Positions 1-9,563 of a stretch of 64,000 nucleotides of DNA are shown here, piece after piece (positions within the stretch are counted from its first letter, which is position 1; each line of letters starts with the position of its first letter). The DNA comes from Gammaproteobacteria bacterium (GTDB lineage Bacteria; Pseudomonadota; Gammaproteobacteria; Natronospirales; REEB76). The stretch is taken from NCBI GenBank assembly GCA_049698775.1, contig JBAVYM010000009.1:5020-69019 (forward strand). Reading direction: 5' to 3'. Below the pieces are notes generated by a model. The model saw only the letters and a program-made list of their open reading frames with translations. It made no database searches and was not told the origin of the DNA. A program made the position numbers and the translations under genes.

Positions 1-1281
1 CGCGGTCCAATCGCCGATGCCGGCGATGCTCGTGAGCCGGCTTGGGAATTCTTCATCGGGAACACTCGTGTCGAAATTCAAATCGCCCGCGGCGACTGCG
101 CGCGCCAATGACTGTATGGTTCGTATCCGAGATAACGGCATACCTTTGAGATTCGCATTTGCCAAAGCACCGGCGTGTGGGAATACATGCGTCAGACCGC
201 CTGTATCCGGGAACGCCAGCGGCTCGCCGTGGGCCTGCACCAACCTCCCCGCCAGGGTGCTGGCGCCGCGTACCGTTATCTGCTGGCCGAGGACGGCGCG
301 CACCGTCAGATCGAAACTATCCCAGTGCCCAGGCACCCGTAATCCAGGATGACGTTTCACAACTGGACCCAGCAGGGAATCGTCACGAAAATGCCGCACA
401 ATCGCCGTGGGATCGGCCGCCAGATCGAACATGGCCCGTACCCGCGCCACGATCTGCAGCAGGCAGGCGGGTTCTGGAAAACGGATGCATGCCTCCAGTG
501 CATGCGCACGTTTCAATGACCTCACTTCCAGAATACCGTGTTGATTCTTGAACACGATGCTGCGGCGGTAAGCGCCATCGCGCACTTCTTCCACACCCGG
601 CGTGGCGCGTGCCGCGAGGAACGCGAGCAGCGCGTCCCAATCGTAGGGCGGGCGGTACGCCAATCGGAAAACATATTCGCCGCGTGCCGCTGGCGTGGCA
701 GTGGCTTGACGCAACCGCCGCAATTCCGACGGCGTGCGCCCGTACAGCTTGCGGAACACATCGTTGAAACGCCGGATACTCTGAAAACCGGACGCCAGCG
801 CGACCTGCGCCATGGGCAGCGCAGTCTCGTCAATGAGCTGCTTCGCGAAATGCAGCCGCCGTGTCTGTGCCACCGCGACCGGCGGTGCACCCAGGTGCTG
901 CAGGAACAGCCGATGCAGATGGCGCGCGCTGACGCCCAGGCGTACGGCCAGGACATCCACGCCATCCTCATCCAGCACACCTTCGGAAATCAGCCTCAGG
1001 CCGCGGCTGACGGTCGCCGACGTACCGTTCCAGGCGGGACTGCCGGGCGCGGTTTCGGGCCGGCAGCGCAGGCAGGGACGAAAACCGGCTTCCGCCGCCG
1101 CGGCCGCCGACGGGAAATAGCGCACGTTGAGCCGCTTCGCGGTCGGCGATGGACAGATCGGCCGGCAATAAATGCCGGTGGAGGTTACGCCGATGAAAAA
1201 ACGCCCGTCGAAATGCGGATCGCGCGCCAGGCGCGCGCGGTCGCACACGCGAGGATCAAGTGATGTCGGGACCGGGTCCAT
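1..1281 (-). CDS. Ada-type Zn/AraC-family regulator fused to DNA-3-methyladenine glycosylase II (AlkA-like); C-terminus runs off the left edge
   Basis: Hand translation of the minus strand from ATG at 1281 stays open to position 1 (427 codons). It is absent from the ORF track because it is edge-truncated. Reads MDPVPTSLDPRVCDRARLARDPHFDGRFFIGVTSTGIYCRPICPS...FRPCLRCRP (Ada Zn Cys cluster), then an AraC HTH (ARHLHRLF...GFQSIRRFNDVFRKLYGRTPSELR), then AlkA_N/HhH-GPD ending ...LTSIAGIGDWTA. The plus-strand ORFs listed at 17-1263 are shadow ORFs. Confidence 0.85.
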   Translation of the reverse strand, partial: MDPVPTSLDPRVCDRARLARDPHFDGRFFIGVTSTGIYCRPICPSPTAKRLNVRYFPSAAAAAEAGFRPCLRCRPETAPGSPAWNGTSATVSRGLRLISEGVLDEDGVDVLAVRLGVSARHLHRLFLQHLGAPPVAVAQTRRLHFAKQLIDETALPMAQVALASGFQSIRRFNDVFRKLYGRTPSELRRLRQATATPAARGEYVFRLAYRPPYDWDALLAFLAARATPGVEEVRDGAYRRSIVFKNQHGILEVRSLKRAHALEACIRFPEPACLLQIVARVRAMFDLAADPTAIVRHFRDDSLLGPVVKRHPGLRVPGHWDSFDLTVRAVLGQQITVRGASTLAGRLVQAHGEPLAFPDTGGLTHVFPHAGALANANLKGMPLSRIRTIQSLARAVAAGDLNFDTSVPDEEFPSRLTSIAGIGDWTA

Positions 1282-1396
1282 GGGCGGGTACTATACCTCC
1301 GCCCGCGTCCTTCGCTAGCCATTTTCGGACATGGGTGTGGCTTCCCGAAAGCGCCCGAGGTGCGGCTGGCGGACCGCACCGGCGTGCATCAGACTC

Positions 1397-1431
1397 ATAA
1401 AAAAGACAGCGGCCCCGTTGCGGGGCCGCTG
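1397..1431 (-). terminator. Rho-independent terminator after the TonB-dependent receptor gene
   Basis: Perfect 11-bp stem cagcggccccg/cggggccgctg (1407-1417 / 1421-1431) with a 3-nt loop, followed on the minus strand by a T-run (plus-strand a-run 1399-1404). Confidence 0.75.
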
Positions 1432-1459
1432 ACTGCACTCAATCACCTGTTATATTGGT

Positions 1460-4400
1460 TCAGAACTTCACGCCGATGCGTGCGTAGAAGAACCGGCCGG
1501 GGGCCCGGTAGAACGTCGGCAGGAAGCTATTGGCAAAGGCCGACATGGCAATCGGCGGCTCCTTGTCGAACAGGTTGCGGATGCCGAACGTGAAGTCGCT
1601 ATTCCAGCTGTCCATATGGTAGGTCACCGCCACGTCGTGGTAGGTGGTCGCACCAATGTGGTTGGCGAGTACCCTGCCGTTCGGGCCCGTGCCTGGGTCG
1701 TACGGGAAGGAGAAGTTCGGCATATTGCAACGCGCTAAAGCCAGCGCGGCCGTGGGTGTCGAACCGGGACCATCCTCACCGTAGAGCGCATCGCAGTCCT
1801 CAATCAAGTGACTGATGTATTCCACGTTCCACACCGCCGACCAGTCGCCATAGTTCCAGTTCAAGCCAAAATTGGCGCGTTGTTTAGGCACGCCGCCTAA
1901 TACCGTACCCGTGCCACCTATATCGGCACCGGTACCGCCGGTAGTGCCGGATATTTCCTGGCTGCTCAAGGCGCCCGAACCGTAAGGCTGAGTCAGCACC
2001 CATTGCTTGGTGAAGTTGACGTTCAGGCTCGCCTTGAAATCACCCACACTGGTAGATGGGAACTTGTAGTCGGTCACTACGTCCACACCCTCGGTCTTGA
2101 TGCCGCCGATGTTCACATTGGTATTGATAATATTGGTAATCGAGCCGGCGGCGTTGTACGGGCCACCGACGCCGCGGGTAATCAGACTACAGTAGTACGG
2201 ATTACCGCCGTAGTAGCAGCCGTTCACGATGGTCTGGGCGCCTATCGTAGACACGGCGTTCAGTAGGTTGATCTTGTAGTAGTCGGCGCTGAAGTCAAAG
2301 CCCGGCAACCAGTCGGGGCTGTACACAAACCCGCCGGTTTCCGAGATGGAGCGCTCCGGCGTCAAGTTCGGATTGCCGCCCACTGTGGTCCGGATCTGCG
2401 CATTCGGCTGGGTAGAAGCCGGACTGCAGAATCCGGGCTTGGTTCCCACGCCCCCCCCTACACACGGATCGGTTACGCCCGGGAAGCTCTGGCTGTTACC
2501 CAAAAAGAACTCGCTGATGCTTGGGATACGAAATCCCTGCGACCAGGATCCTCGCAGCAGCAACTCGTCGGTGGCCTGCCAGCGCAGCGCCGCGCGTCCC
2601 GAAGCGTTAGCGGCGCTATGTTCGATACCGGCCCCGGTTGTGTCGGCATTACCGCCTTCCCACTGGAACTGCGACCAGCGATCGGCGATGTCCAGACTCA
2701 CACTCTTCATGAACGGCATATCCGCGACGAGTGGGATGTTGAGCTCGATGTATTCCGCCTTGGTGCTTTCCTCGCCATTGGTGGATTCAATCACATTCCC
2801 GCTGGTATTACCTTCCTGCACCAGTGCATCGGGATGTGCTAACGCATTGTGCCCCAACGATTCGGCACCCAGGGCGAGCCCAACCGGACCCGCCGGCAGG
2901 TTGAACAGGGTACCGGTGATATTGGCGGTGTAGTCCCGCATGGTCTCTTCAATGACATCATGTTCTTCGAAAAGCACGTATTGCGCCATCGCCGGGGTGA
3001 TGCTGCCCTGGCCGGTGACCAGGTTGTAGCCGCCGAAAATGTTGAATGGCACGCAATCGCCTGACCCTCCTGTCGGTAACCCGGCACATGGCGCTTCACC
3101 CGGATAGCCTAGAGCCTGCTGCAGCCGTTCGGTATTAACTAAGCCGTTGGTGACATCAGAATCGTAGTTATTACCGTAGTTGTAGGTAGCGTCCCAGTCC
3201 CATTCGCTGCCCAGTAGGTTGAAGTAGCCCGTGAACCCGCCGCGGAACGCGAAGCTTTGCACGTTCTGATTGAACAGGCGGTTACCGAGTTCCAGCGGCC
3301 GGCGGCCCAGGAACTGCAACACGTCGCAGTTGTCTTTGGCTGCGCAGGTGGCGGCCGTGCCGGTGCTGCCGCCGGTCAGGTCCACTCCGAAGGGGTTATA
3401 GGGGTTCTTGCCCGAGATCGTGATGGGCTCACCATTGACGTCGCTGGTACCGCTGCGGCCCAAGAACAGTGGCGAGGGCGCCAATTGCAATTGCGATACC
3501 CGGTTGTTGTAAATCGCCATGGTGTTGAAGGTCAGGTTGTCGGCCAGATCGTAATGGCCCTGCACATACAGGCTGGTGCGTTCGTTGGGCGTCACCAGGT
3601 AGTTCAGTGGCGCGAAGTTGAAGTGGTCGGAGTTCTGGAAATCCCGGAAATTGCTCAAGGAAGGATTATTGTCCGGGGTGTTGATCAACGACATGTCGCA
3701 GGTAGTGGAATTGGGATTGACGTTGGTGGTCACGCCCGCTGGGCAGGTGGTGCCCTTGGGAATACCGATGAAAAACCGCCCCGCGGCCGCACCCGAACTG
3801 CCCACCGAAGCTCCGCCCCCGACACTCGGTTCCTTGGAAATAGAACGGTTACCGGCATAGATGGGTGACTGGTTTACATACTCCACGTTCATAACCACGC
3901 CGGAGCGGTCACCGCTGGAGCCAATGGTGAAGTTGTAATCCTGGGTCTTGCCGTCCCAGCCACCGCCGTCGTTCTTGCCGTCAAACATACCCATATAGGC
4001 ACTGGCCTCGGCGCCGTTGTAGTTCTTAACGGTGATGATATTCACCACGCCCGTGATGGCATCGGACCCATAAATGGCCGAGGCGCCGTCCTGCAGCACC
4101 TCGATATGGTCCACGATAGAAATCGGGATGTTGTTCAGATCCACTGTTCCATCTATCCCCGCATCCACCCGCTGGCCATTCAATAGCACCAAAAGGCGCT
4201 GCGATCCCACGTTGCGCAGGTTTAACTCTACCGAACCATTACCGCCATTATTAAACTGGGTATTTATGGCTGCACCAACGGACGACAGCTGCTGTAGCAC
4301 ATCGCCAATGGAAGTCAGACCTGTGGCCTTTATCTGGGCTTGGGTGACGATGGTCACCGGCTGGGCGGTTTCTACGTCGGTGCGCTTGATGCGCGTGCCC

Positions 4401-4567
4401 GTGACCTCGATCTTGCCGAGCTCGGCGGTGTTGGCGTTCTGGTTTTGATTCTGATTGGCGGTGCTCTGCGCGGCGTCCTGGGCGAAGACCGCCGGGGCCG
4501 CGAGAGCGGTGGCCACGCCTGTGACCAGGGCGTAACGCACGGCTTTAGTGATTAAATCTGTTTTCAT
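1460..4567 (-). CDS. TonB-dependent outer-membrane receptor (1035 aa)
   Basis: Signal peptide (MKTDLITKAVRYALVTGVATALAAPAVFAQD). Plug-domain motifs (IEVTGTRIKR, DVLQQLSSV, LVLLNGQRV, IEVLQDGASAIYGSDAITGVVNIIT). Long beta-barrel with C-terminal ...FYARIGVKF ending in Phe. Confidence 0.9.
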   Translation of the reverse strand: MKTDLITKAVRYALVTGVATALAAPAVFAQDAAQSTANQNQNQNANTAELGKIEVTGTRIKRTDVETAQPVTIVTQAQIKATGLTSIGDVLQQLSSVGAAINTQFNNGGNGSVELNLRNVGSQRLLVLLNGQRVDAGIDGTVDLNNIPISIVDHIEVLQDGASAIYGSDAITGVVNIITVKNYNGAEASAYMGMFDGKNDGGGWDGKTQDYNFTIGSSGDRSGVVMNVEYVNQSPIYAGNRSISKEPSVGGGASVGSSGAAAGRFFIGIPKGTTCPAGVTTNVNPNSTTCDMSLINTPDNNPSLSNFRDFQNSDHFNFAPLNYLVTPNERTSLYVQGHYDLADNLTFNTMAIYNNRVSQLQLAPSPLFLGRSGTSDVNGEPITISGKNPYNPFGVDLTGGSTGTAATCAAKDNCDVLQFLGRRPLELGNRLFNQNVQSFAFRGGFTGYFNLLGSEWDWDATYNYGNNYDSDVTNGLVNTERLQQALGYPGEAPCAGLPTGGSGDCVPFNIFGGYNLVTGQGSITPAMAQYVLFEEHDVIEETMRDYTANITGTLFNLPAGPVGLALGAESLGHNALAHPDALVQEGNTSGNVIESTNGEESTKAEYIELNIPLVADMPFMKSVSLDIADRWSQFQWEGGNADTTGAGIEHSAANASGRAALRWQATDELLLRGSWSQGFRIPSISEFFLGNSQSFPGVTDPCVGGGVGTKPGFCSPASTQPNAQIRTTVGGNPNLTPERSISETGGFVYSPDWLPGFDFSADYYKINLLNAVSTIGAQTIVNGCYYGGNPYYCSLITRGVGGPYNAAGSITNIINTNVNIGGIKTEGVDVVTDYKFPSTSVGDFKASLNVNFTKQWVLTQPYGSGALSSQEISGTTGGTGADIGGTGTVLGGVPKQRANFGLNWNYGDWSAVWNVEYISHLIEDCDALYGEDGPGSTPTAALALARCNMPNFSFPYDPGTGPNGRVLANHIGATTYHDVAVTYHMDSWNSDFTFGIRNLFDKEPPIAMSAFANSFLPTFYRAPGRFFYARIGVKF

Positions 4568-5250
4568 GAGTAGTTCCTCGATAAAGTAGATTGGGACTTA
4601 AGAATTGTGCAATTCACCAAGCTCAAGGAATCGCGCAAGTGGTTCGATAACGAACATCGCAATGTTTGTTTTTAACAACACCGAAGTCACCTTGAACAAT
4701 GAGTAATTCATGAGTTGTATCAAAAATACCCTAGCTTGGAAGTCGCGCATATTCTTGGCTTGCGACTCGGACAATTCCAGAGGTGAAAGGCGTGAATTCA
4801 TGCTACTAGCCATCTCATTCAAGGTCTTCACATATAAAAATTATCTGTTCGTCCCCTCGGTTCAATCGTTTCATGCATTAACTTCATTGTGTTTTCGACG
4901 CTTATTCCGCCGAATCTTGTGTTCAGAATTATTGATTCGGTTTGAAAGTCAGAAAGACTCCCCATACGAGGAGTCAATCCGCGCTAATGGCGCAATGACT
5001 GAAGAAAATATGCACGAATGACACGAACCGGGGGCCGAAGGATTACAGGAAACTGTGCAACTGGTGGATTTGGATGCTGAACCGGTATTTCCAGACTGGA
5101 AATCCGTGACATCCCAAACTATATTTGCCGACGCGTTGCGTTGGCAATGCGCTGGCGCCGGCTATTCTGGAAGTCGTTGTTACGTTGCTGTTCTCCGCCT
5201 TCTCTGCTAGCCGGCGCCTTTTATTTCCGAGTAGCCTGAAGGAATCACTC

Positions 5251-5340
5251 TTGTACCGTCTTTACGGCATGTCTGGTTCGGGCAATTGCTACAAACCGAG
5301 GCTCTTGCTGGCGCAACTGGACCTGCCGCTCGTCTGGAAT
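5251..5340 (+). pseudogene. Glutathione S-transferase N-terminal fragment (~30 codons only)
   Basis: Reads (L)YRLYGMSGSGNCYKPRLLLAQLDLPLVWN, which resembles the conserved N-terminus of a bacterial GST subfamily (..LYG...SGNCYKVRLLL..LGLPYEW). Similarity stops after ~30 codons and no continuation is seen in any frame. Confidence 0.4.
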
Positions 5341-5447
5341 TCAGGGACCAGTCAATGTGGCCATGGCCTGAAGCGGCTTGCCCGCTGGTGTCGCGAGGGT
5401 CCGCCGCAAGCCCGTGCATTCACAAACATTCACGATGTAATCACCGC

Positions 5448-6227
5448 ATGGCTTCAACAACCCTATTGGCATGGCTCCTCATTGGTGGGGTCTTTGCGAC
5501 TACAGCGGCCATGGCACAGGATTCCGCGCCGCCCGATCCCTTCACCGGCTATGTGCAGTTCATGAGCAACTACATTGGCCGGGGTCTGGCGCAAAGCGTC
5601 GGCAATCCCTCGGTGCAGGGCGAGCTCGACTATTACTCCCCAAGCGGCTTCTATATCAATCTCGACGGCACCAGTATCAACTGGGTTGATCAAGTCTATC
5701 CCGGCGACAGCGTCAGCATGGAGGTGGACGGTATCGTCGGTTATCGTCAGGCTTTCGCCCAGGACTGGCTGTGGAAGGCAGGCGTGTTGCGTCTGCAATT
5801 TCCCGGCCGCTACGTGCCGCAATCGCCGCCAGTCGATCAGCCCAACACCACCGAGGTGTTCGGCTATATAAGTTGGAAAGGCCTGAGCGCCAAGCTTAAT
5901 TACTCGGTGACCAACAACGTCGCTACGCCGGACTCGCGTGGCACGATATACGCGGACTTGTCTGCTACGCAGCCGCTGGTCGGCGGCTGGAGCCTGGGCG
6001 CACATCTGGGTCGCAGACAATTCAGCGGCACAAATACAACCACCGGCCAGTCGAATGCGCGCATGGACTATACGGACTACAAGCTGTTGGTAGCCTACGC
6101 GTTCCGACCCGACCTCAGTCTCACGCTGGCCGAGACTTGGACCAACGGCAATCCCGTCATCTATACCCTGAACGGCTATAACGTCGGCGGCCATCATTTG
6201 GCCTTGACTCTGGAAAAAGACTTCTGA
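5448..6227 (+). CDS. TorF-family putative outer-membrane porin (TIGR02001/Gcw_chp-like), 259 aa
   Basis: Internal ATG at 5448 of ORF 5286-6227 gives signal peptide MASTTLLAWLLIGGVFATTAAMAQD. Then FTGYVQFMSNYIGRGLAQS..., alternating beta-strand pattern, C-terminal ...LALTLEKDF (terminal Phe). Confidence 0.7.
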   Translation: MASTTLLAWLLIGGVFATTAAMAQDSAPPDPFTGYVQFMSNYIGRGLAQSVGNPSVQGELDYYSPSGFYINLDGTSINWVDQVYPGDSVSMEVDGIVGYRQAFAQDWLWKAGVLRLQFPGRYVPQSPPVDQPNTTEVFGYISWKGLSAKLNYSVTNNVATPDSRGTIYADLSATQPLVGGWSLGAHLGRRQFSGTNTTTGQSNARMDYTDYKLLVAYAFRPDLSLTLAETWTNGNPVIYTLNGYNVGGHHLALTLEKDF

Positions 6228-6305
6228 GCCGTTGACGAATCATGGAAGCAACTCACACAAATGACACGGATATAGATATTCTCAACTCTCATAATAGGAA
6301 TTCCC

Positions 6306-6595
6306 ATGAAACTACCTGTAACCACGACATTTACCAAGCCGGACGAAGTACGCCGGTCTGAGAAAGGAAGGTTTGAAATCATTCACGTTGGCGGCATGAC
6401 GCTTGGACGTGCCACCTATGAACCTGGTTGGATATGGTCGAAGCACGTCGGGGCAGCGCTCCATATAAACCTGTGCAACGTTGAGCATGTCGGTATGGTG
6501 TTGTCAGGGCGCATGCTCCTGCAGATGGCCGATGGAGCAATGCTCTAACTTAATGCCGGTACTGTCTTTTACATTCCTCCTGGTCATGACAGTTA
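6306..6595 (+). pseudogene. Cupin-domain protein, disrupted (in-frame TAA at 6546 and TAG at 6592)
   Basis: MKLPVTTTFTKPDEVRRSEKGRFEIIHVGGMTLGRATYEPGWIWSKHVGAAL...VEHVGMVLSG...DGAML*LNAGTVFYIPPGHDS*. The cupin motif FYIPPGHDS continues in frame after the first stop, and the Trp expected after HDS is a TAG. Confidence 0.7.
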
Positions 6596-6616
6596 GGCGT
6601 CGGTGAAGGTACAGCC

Positions 6617-6955
6617 GTGCACCTTGACGCGATCTCGCTAAAATCACTGCTGTCGCTGGGTTACCTGATCGTGTTCGGCTCGCTCGCCGGGTTCTCCGCC
6701 TATGTGTGGTTGCTTAAAGTCTCGACGCCAGCACGCGTGTCCACATATGCATTTGTGAACCCGGTAATCGCAGTGATGCTCGGTTGGTTGTTCGCCAGCG
6801 AGCCATTGACACCGCGCGTGCTCATCGCTGGTACCATCATCGTCGCGGCCGTGTCACAGATCCAGTATTTTGGTTCAGCGACTGCCCCGAATGTAGCATC
6901 ATCGAAAGAAGCGTTAGCCCCCAATGGCACCAGTACCGCCGACAAGCCTACATAA
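6617..6955 (+). pseudogene. C-terminal fragment of an EamA/DMT-family transporter (last ~3 TM helices only)
   Basis: LGYLIVFGSLAGFSAYVWLLKVSTPARVSTYAFVNPVIAVMLGWLFASEPLTPRVLIAGTIIVAAV matches the C-terminal EamA repeat. No N-terminal half lies upstream; it abuts the cupin remnant. Confidence 0.65.
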
Positions 6956-7017
6956 GATGACTGGTCTGTATAACAAGCCCAAGAACGGAGATGCAAGAAA
7001 TTTGAGGTAATCGCTGG

Positions 7018-7416
7018 TCATATGATTGCATCGGCTTCGATTTCAACCAGCCATTCTCGGCTTATGAAGCAGGTCACCTGGATAATAGATGTTACGGGCT
7101 TAATTTCCCAAAAGTAATCACCGTGTGCGCGCGCTACTACTTTCCAATCTTTTATTCTGGTTAGCAATATGCGAGTCCGAATCACGTTCTCTAGGCTTGC
7201 GCCAGCCCCCTCAAGCGTATCCTTGATGATTATAATGCAGCTTCGTGCCTGCCCTTCCGCATCACCGATTGCGACAGTCTTCCCGTAATGATCAATGGGT
7301 GCTGTGCCAGCGACTGAAACAAAATTCCCCACACGAACAGCTCTTGAAAAACCAACGATTGATTCGTATGGACTTCCATTTGCGACGAGTTGTCTGTTCA
7401 TTTTTATTTCCCGCAA
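7018..7416 (-). CDS. RidA/YjgF (endoribonuclease L-PSP) family protein
   Basis: SPYESIVGFSRAVRVGNFVSVAGTAPID...GDAEGQARSCIIIIKDTLEGAGASLENVIRTRILL...REWLVEIEADAII. Start could be 7416 or ATG 7401. Confidence 0.85.
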   Translation of the reverse strand: MREIKMNRQLVANGSPYESIVGFSRAVRVGNFVSVAGTAPIDHYGKTVAIGDAEGQARSCIIIIKDTLEGAGASLENVIRTRILLTRIKDWKVVARAHGDYFWEIKPVTSIIQVTCFISREWLVEIEADAII

Positions 7417-7469
7417 ATGAAAACTTGATCTCGGCGAATCATCAGATACAGCAAGGCACAGTCTATCTT

Positions 7470-7600
7470 CTTTTGCAGTTGCTCATGAACTACACGTAAC
7501 TGGCGAATGGATCAAGGGCGGCGGAATCTTGCGCCGTGCCTGCGACGGCGTGAAATGTACAACAGGCCGTGAGAAAAATTGGCAGAATTTTTGTTTTCAT
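7470..7600 (-). pseudogene. 5' fragment of a second TorF-family porin gene (paralog of 5448-6227), nonsense-interrupted and truncated
   Basis: Minus strand from ATG 7600 reads MKTKILPIFLTACCTFHAVAGTAQDSAALDPFASYV*FMSNCK, compared with AQDSAPPDPFTGYVQFMSNYIGRG in the intact gene. TAG (7490-7492) replaces the Gln codon, a 14-nt identical run gttcatgagcaact is shared, and homology ends ~7470. Confidence 0.55.
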
Positions 7601-7673
7601 TTAACCGGTAGTAGTTCCCAGCGTCTAAATCTTATCTCAGTCGCACGGTTTTCTGTCTGATACATGACGGAAC

Positions 7674-8804
7674 TCAGTGCGCTTTGTCAGATTCATCTTT
7701 TATCCGTGTGTCCGTCGCGACCCAATTTACTTCCCAAGTCTTGCCTCCATCATCCGAGAACGCCTGATCGAATCTGACTGCATTCCGAGTGATATCCGAA
7801 ATATCAAATCGAACCAAAATGGTTCTGCCGTTAAATGATTCCTGATCTATAAATTCATCGCGTCCATTTTTGAACTCGCCAATCGTGGGTGCATTCAGGG
7901 TACCGCCGCTGCTGTTGGCAACATTGAGGCTCCACTGCCGGGATTGGGGATTGAATAGACGCAGCGACAGAAGTTCAAGGTGACCTGCTGGGCCACCGGC
8001 CTCAAGCTCTGCCAGATTGGCGCGGCCGTTCCAAACCGAGCGGACGACGGTAGTGCCTTCATATCTGACCCAGGCAGCGGAGCCGGTCAGTGGATGCAGG
8101 AGCCGCCGTATATGACTTTTCCAGGTACCAATCTCGAAGTCAAAATCGCGTTGGCCGCCGCGCTCTGTGCCGGCATGCCGCCATCCTGTTTTGGCGGCGA
8201 CGTGCTTTTCTCGCGTCACCGTTACAATCCAGTTCGGTTCCCAAGTCTTGCCGCCATCCTTTGAGAAAGCCTGCTGCCAGTGATAGGAATTCGGTGTGAT
8301 GTCCGACCAGGCATGTCGAACAAAGATGGCCCTGCCGTTGAATTGTTCCTGGTCATAAAATAGGCCGCGCCCATTCTTGAACTCGCCAATCATGGGTGGA
8401 CTGAGGACGCCATCCCGACTATTCGCCATATACAAATACCACTGATGGGACTGGGGGTTGTAGAGGCATAACCGTAGCTCTTCAATTGGCCCCGTTGGAG
8501 TATCAACTTCGATCTCCTGCAGATTGGAACGGCCGCCCCAAACCTTGCGAACGACGACAGTGCCATTGAATTCAGTCCATGTTTTTGAGTCAGTAAGCGG
8601 GTGCTGGAGATGCAATATGTGGACTTTCCAGGTACCAATCGCGAAATCAAAATCGTGTTGCTCGTCCCGTTCCGACGCAGCCTGTTTAGGGCTGAGGTTC
8701 GATGTATTGGAACTCTGCTGTGCGAATCCCTGCAGGGGCAGCGCAATAGTAACCAGGCTGCACACCAGGAGATAAGCCCGAATACGTTTGAGCGCATTCA
8801 TCAC
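7674..8804 (-). CDS. Secreted protein of unknown function built from two tandem ~160-aa homologous domains
   Basis: Signal peptide MMNALKRIRAYLLVCSLVTIALPLQGFAQQ. Domain 1 reads HDFDFAIGTWKVHI...IGEFKNGRGLFYDQEQFNGRAIFVRHAWSDIT...FSKDGGKTWEPNW. Domain 2 reads RDFDFEIGTWKSHI...IGEFKNGRDEFIDQESFNGRTILVRFDISDIT...FSDDGGKTWEVNW. Confidence 0.75.
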   Translation of the reverse strand: MMNALKRIRAYLLVCSLVTIALPLQGFAQQSSNTSNLSPKQAASERDEQHDFDFAIGTWKVHILHLQHPLTDSKTWTEFNGTVVVRKVWGGRSNLQEIEVDTPTGPIEELRLCLYNPQSHQWYLYMANSRDGVLSPPMIGEFKNGRGLFYDQEQFNGRAIFVRHAWSDITPNSYHWQQAFSKDGGKTWEPNWIVTVTREKHVAAKTGWRHAGTERGGQRDFDFEIGTWKSHIRRLLHPLTGSAAWVRYEGTTVVRSVWNGRANLAELEAGGPAGHLELLSLRLFNPQSRQWSLNVANSSGGTLNAPTIGEFKNGRDEFIDQESFNGRTILVRFDISDITRNAVRFDQAFSDDGGKTWEVNWVATDTRIKDESDKAH

Positions 8805-8904
8805 TGCCTCCTTAAAGTCGTCTGTCTATCCGGCCTGGAAAGCAAGTCGCCGAGAACCTGAAGATCATCTACACCGTCGCCATAGCGGATTACGACACCG
8901 ACGG

Positions 8905-9372
8905 TCAGGTTTTTGGCGCATCCGCCAGGCGCTGCGCGGACTGGGCAAACGTGTAACGCCAGCCGGTGGCAGTACAGAGGTACATGTCGCTAAACCAGGC
9001 GCGATACTCGAAGGGTTTGCCGCCTTCGCTGCCCTTGGCCCAGAGCAGCGCAGTGAGGACCGCGGTCTTGCCCCAGACCCGCACCTTCTGCCGGCTGTCG
9101 TCCTGCCTCTCGTAGATGATGCGGCCGCTGCGCGCTTCCGTCAGAAAATCGGCTTTCGTGTAGACCGCACCCTTGCCGTTGACCAGTATGAAATCATTTG
9201 CCAATAGCCGGTCCATAGTGGCAGCGTCATTCTTTGCTACCGCCGCTTGGTATTCAGTATCGAGCGCCGCCACCAGGGCTAGGGCATGCTCTGGCGAGCA
9301 GTCAGGCCCAGGCGCGGCCAGGACAGAAAAACCGGAGATGAGTAGGGCCAAGGCGAGTAACAATTTTTCCAT
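8905..9372 (-). CDS. Secreted DUF4440/SnoaL-like (NTF2-fold) protein
   Basis: Signal peptide MEKLLLALALLISGFSVLAAP. Then LDTEYQAAVAKNDAATMDRLLANDFILVNGKG...WRYTFAQSAQ, typical of nuclear transport factor 2-like DUF4440 proteins. Confidence 0.65.
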   Translation of the reverse strand: MEKLLLALALLISGFSVLAAPGPDCSPEHALALVAALDTEYQAAVAKNDAATMDRLLANDFILVNGKGAVYTKADFLTEARSGRIIYERQDDSRQKVRVWGKTAVLTALLWAKGSEGGKPFEYRAWFSDMYLCTATGWRYTFAQSAQRLADAPKT

Positions 9373-9563
9373 GATGAACTCTTCTTTACGGGCAGGCGTT
9401 GCCCGGATCTGGCTGGTGGAACGGTTCTTTATTTGGTTTTAATGGCAACGGCGGCTCCGTATGATGTGTATTGGTCATTTCTACGTCAGTAGAGAATGCA
9501 TCAACGATCTATACCTCCAGAACTACATTCGATTAAGTATTCGCAGCCATGCCTCAAACGGCA

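Noticed and set aside
17-1263. Plus-strand ORFs 17-352, 159-551, 538-1263, 812-1120
   Set aside because: The minus strand is open for 427 codons here and encodes an unmistakable Ada/AraC/AlkA protein. The plus-strand ORFs are shadows.
4598-5021. ORFs 4598-4831 (minus, 77 aa) and 4710-5021 (plus, 103 aa) in the AT-rich island
   Set aside because: They are mutually overlapping, have no RBS or family signature, and their composition is atypical. They cannot be supported as genes from sequence alone.
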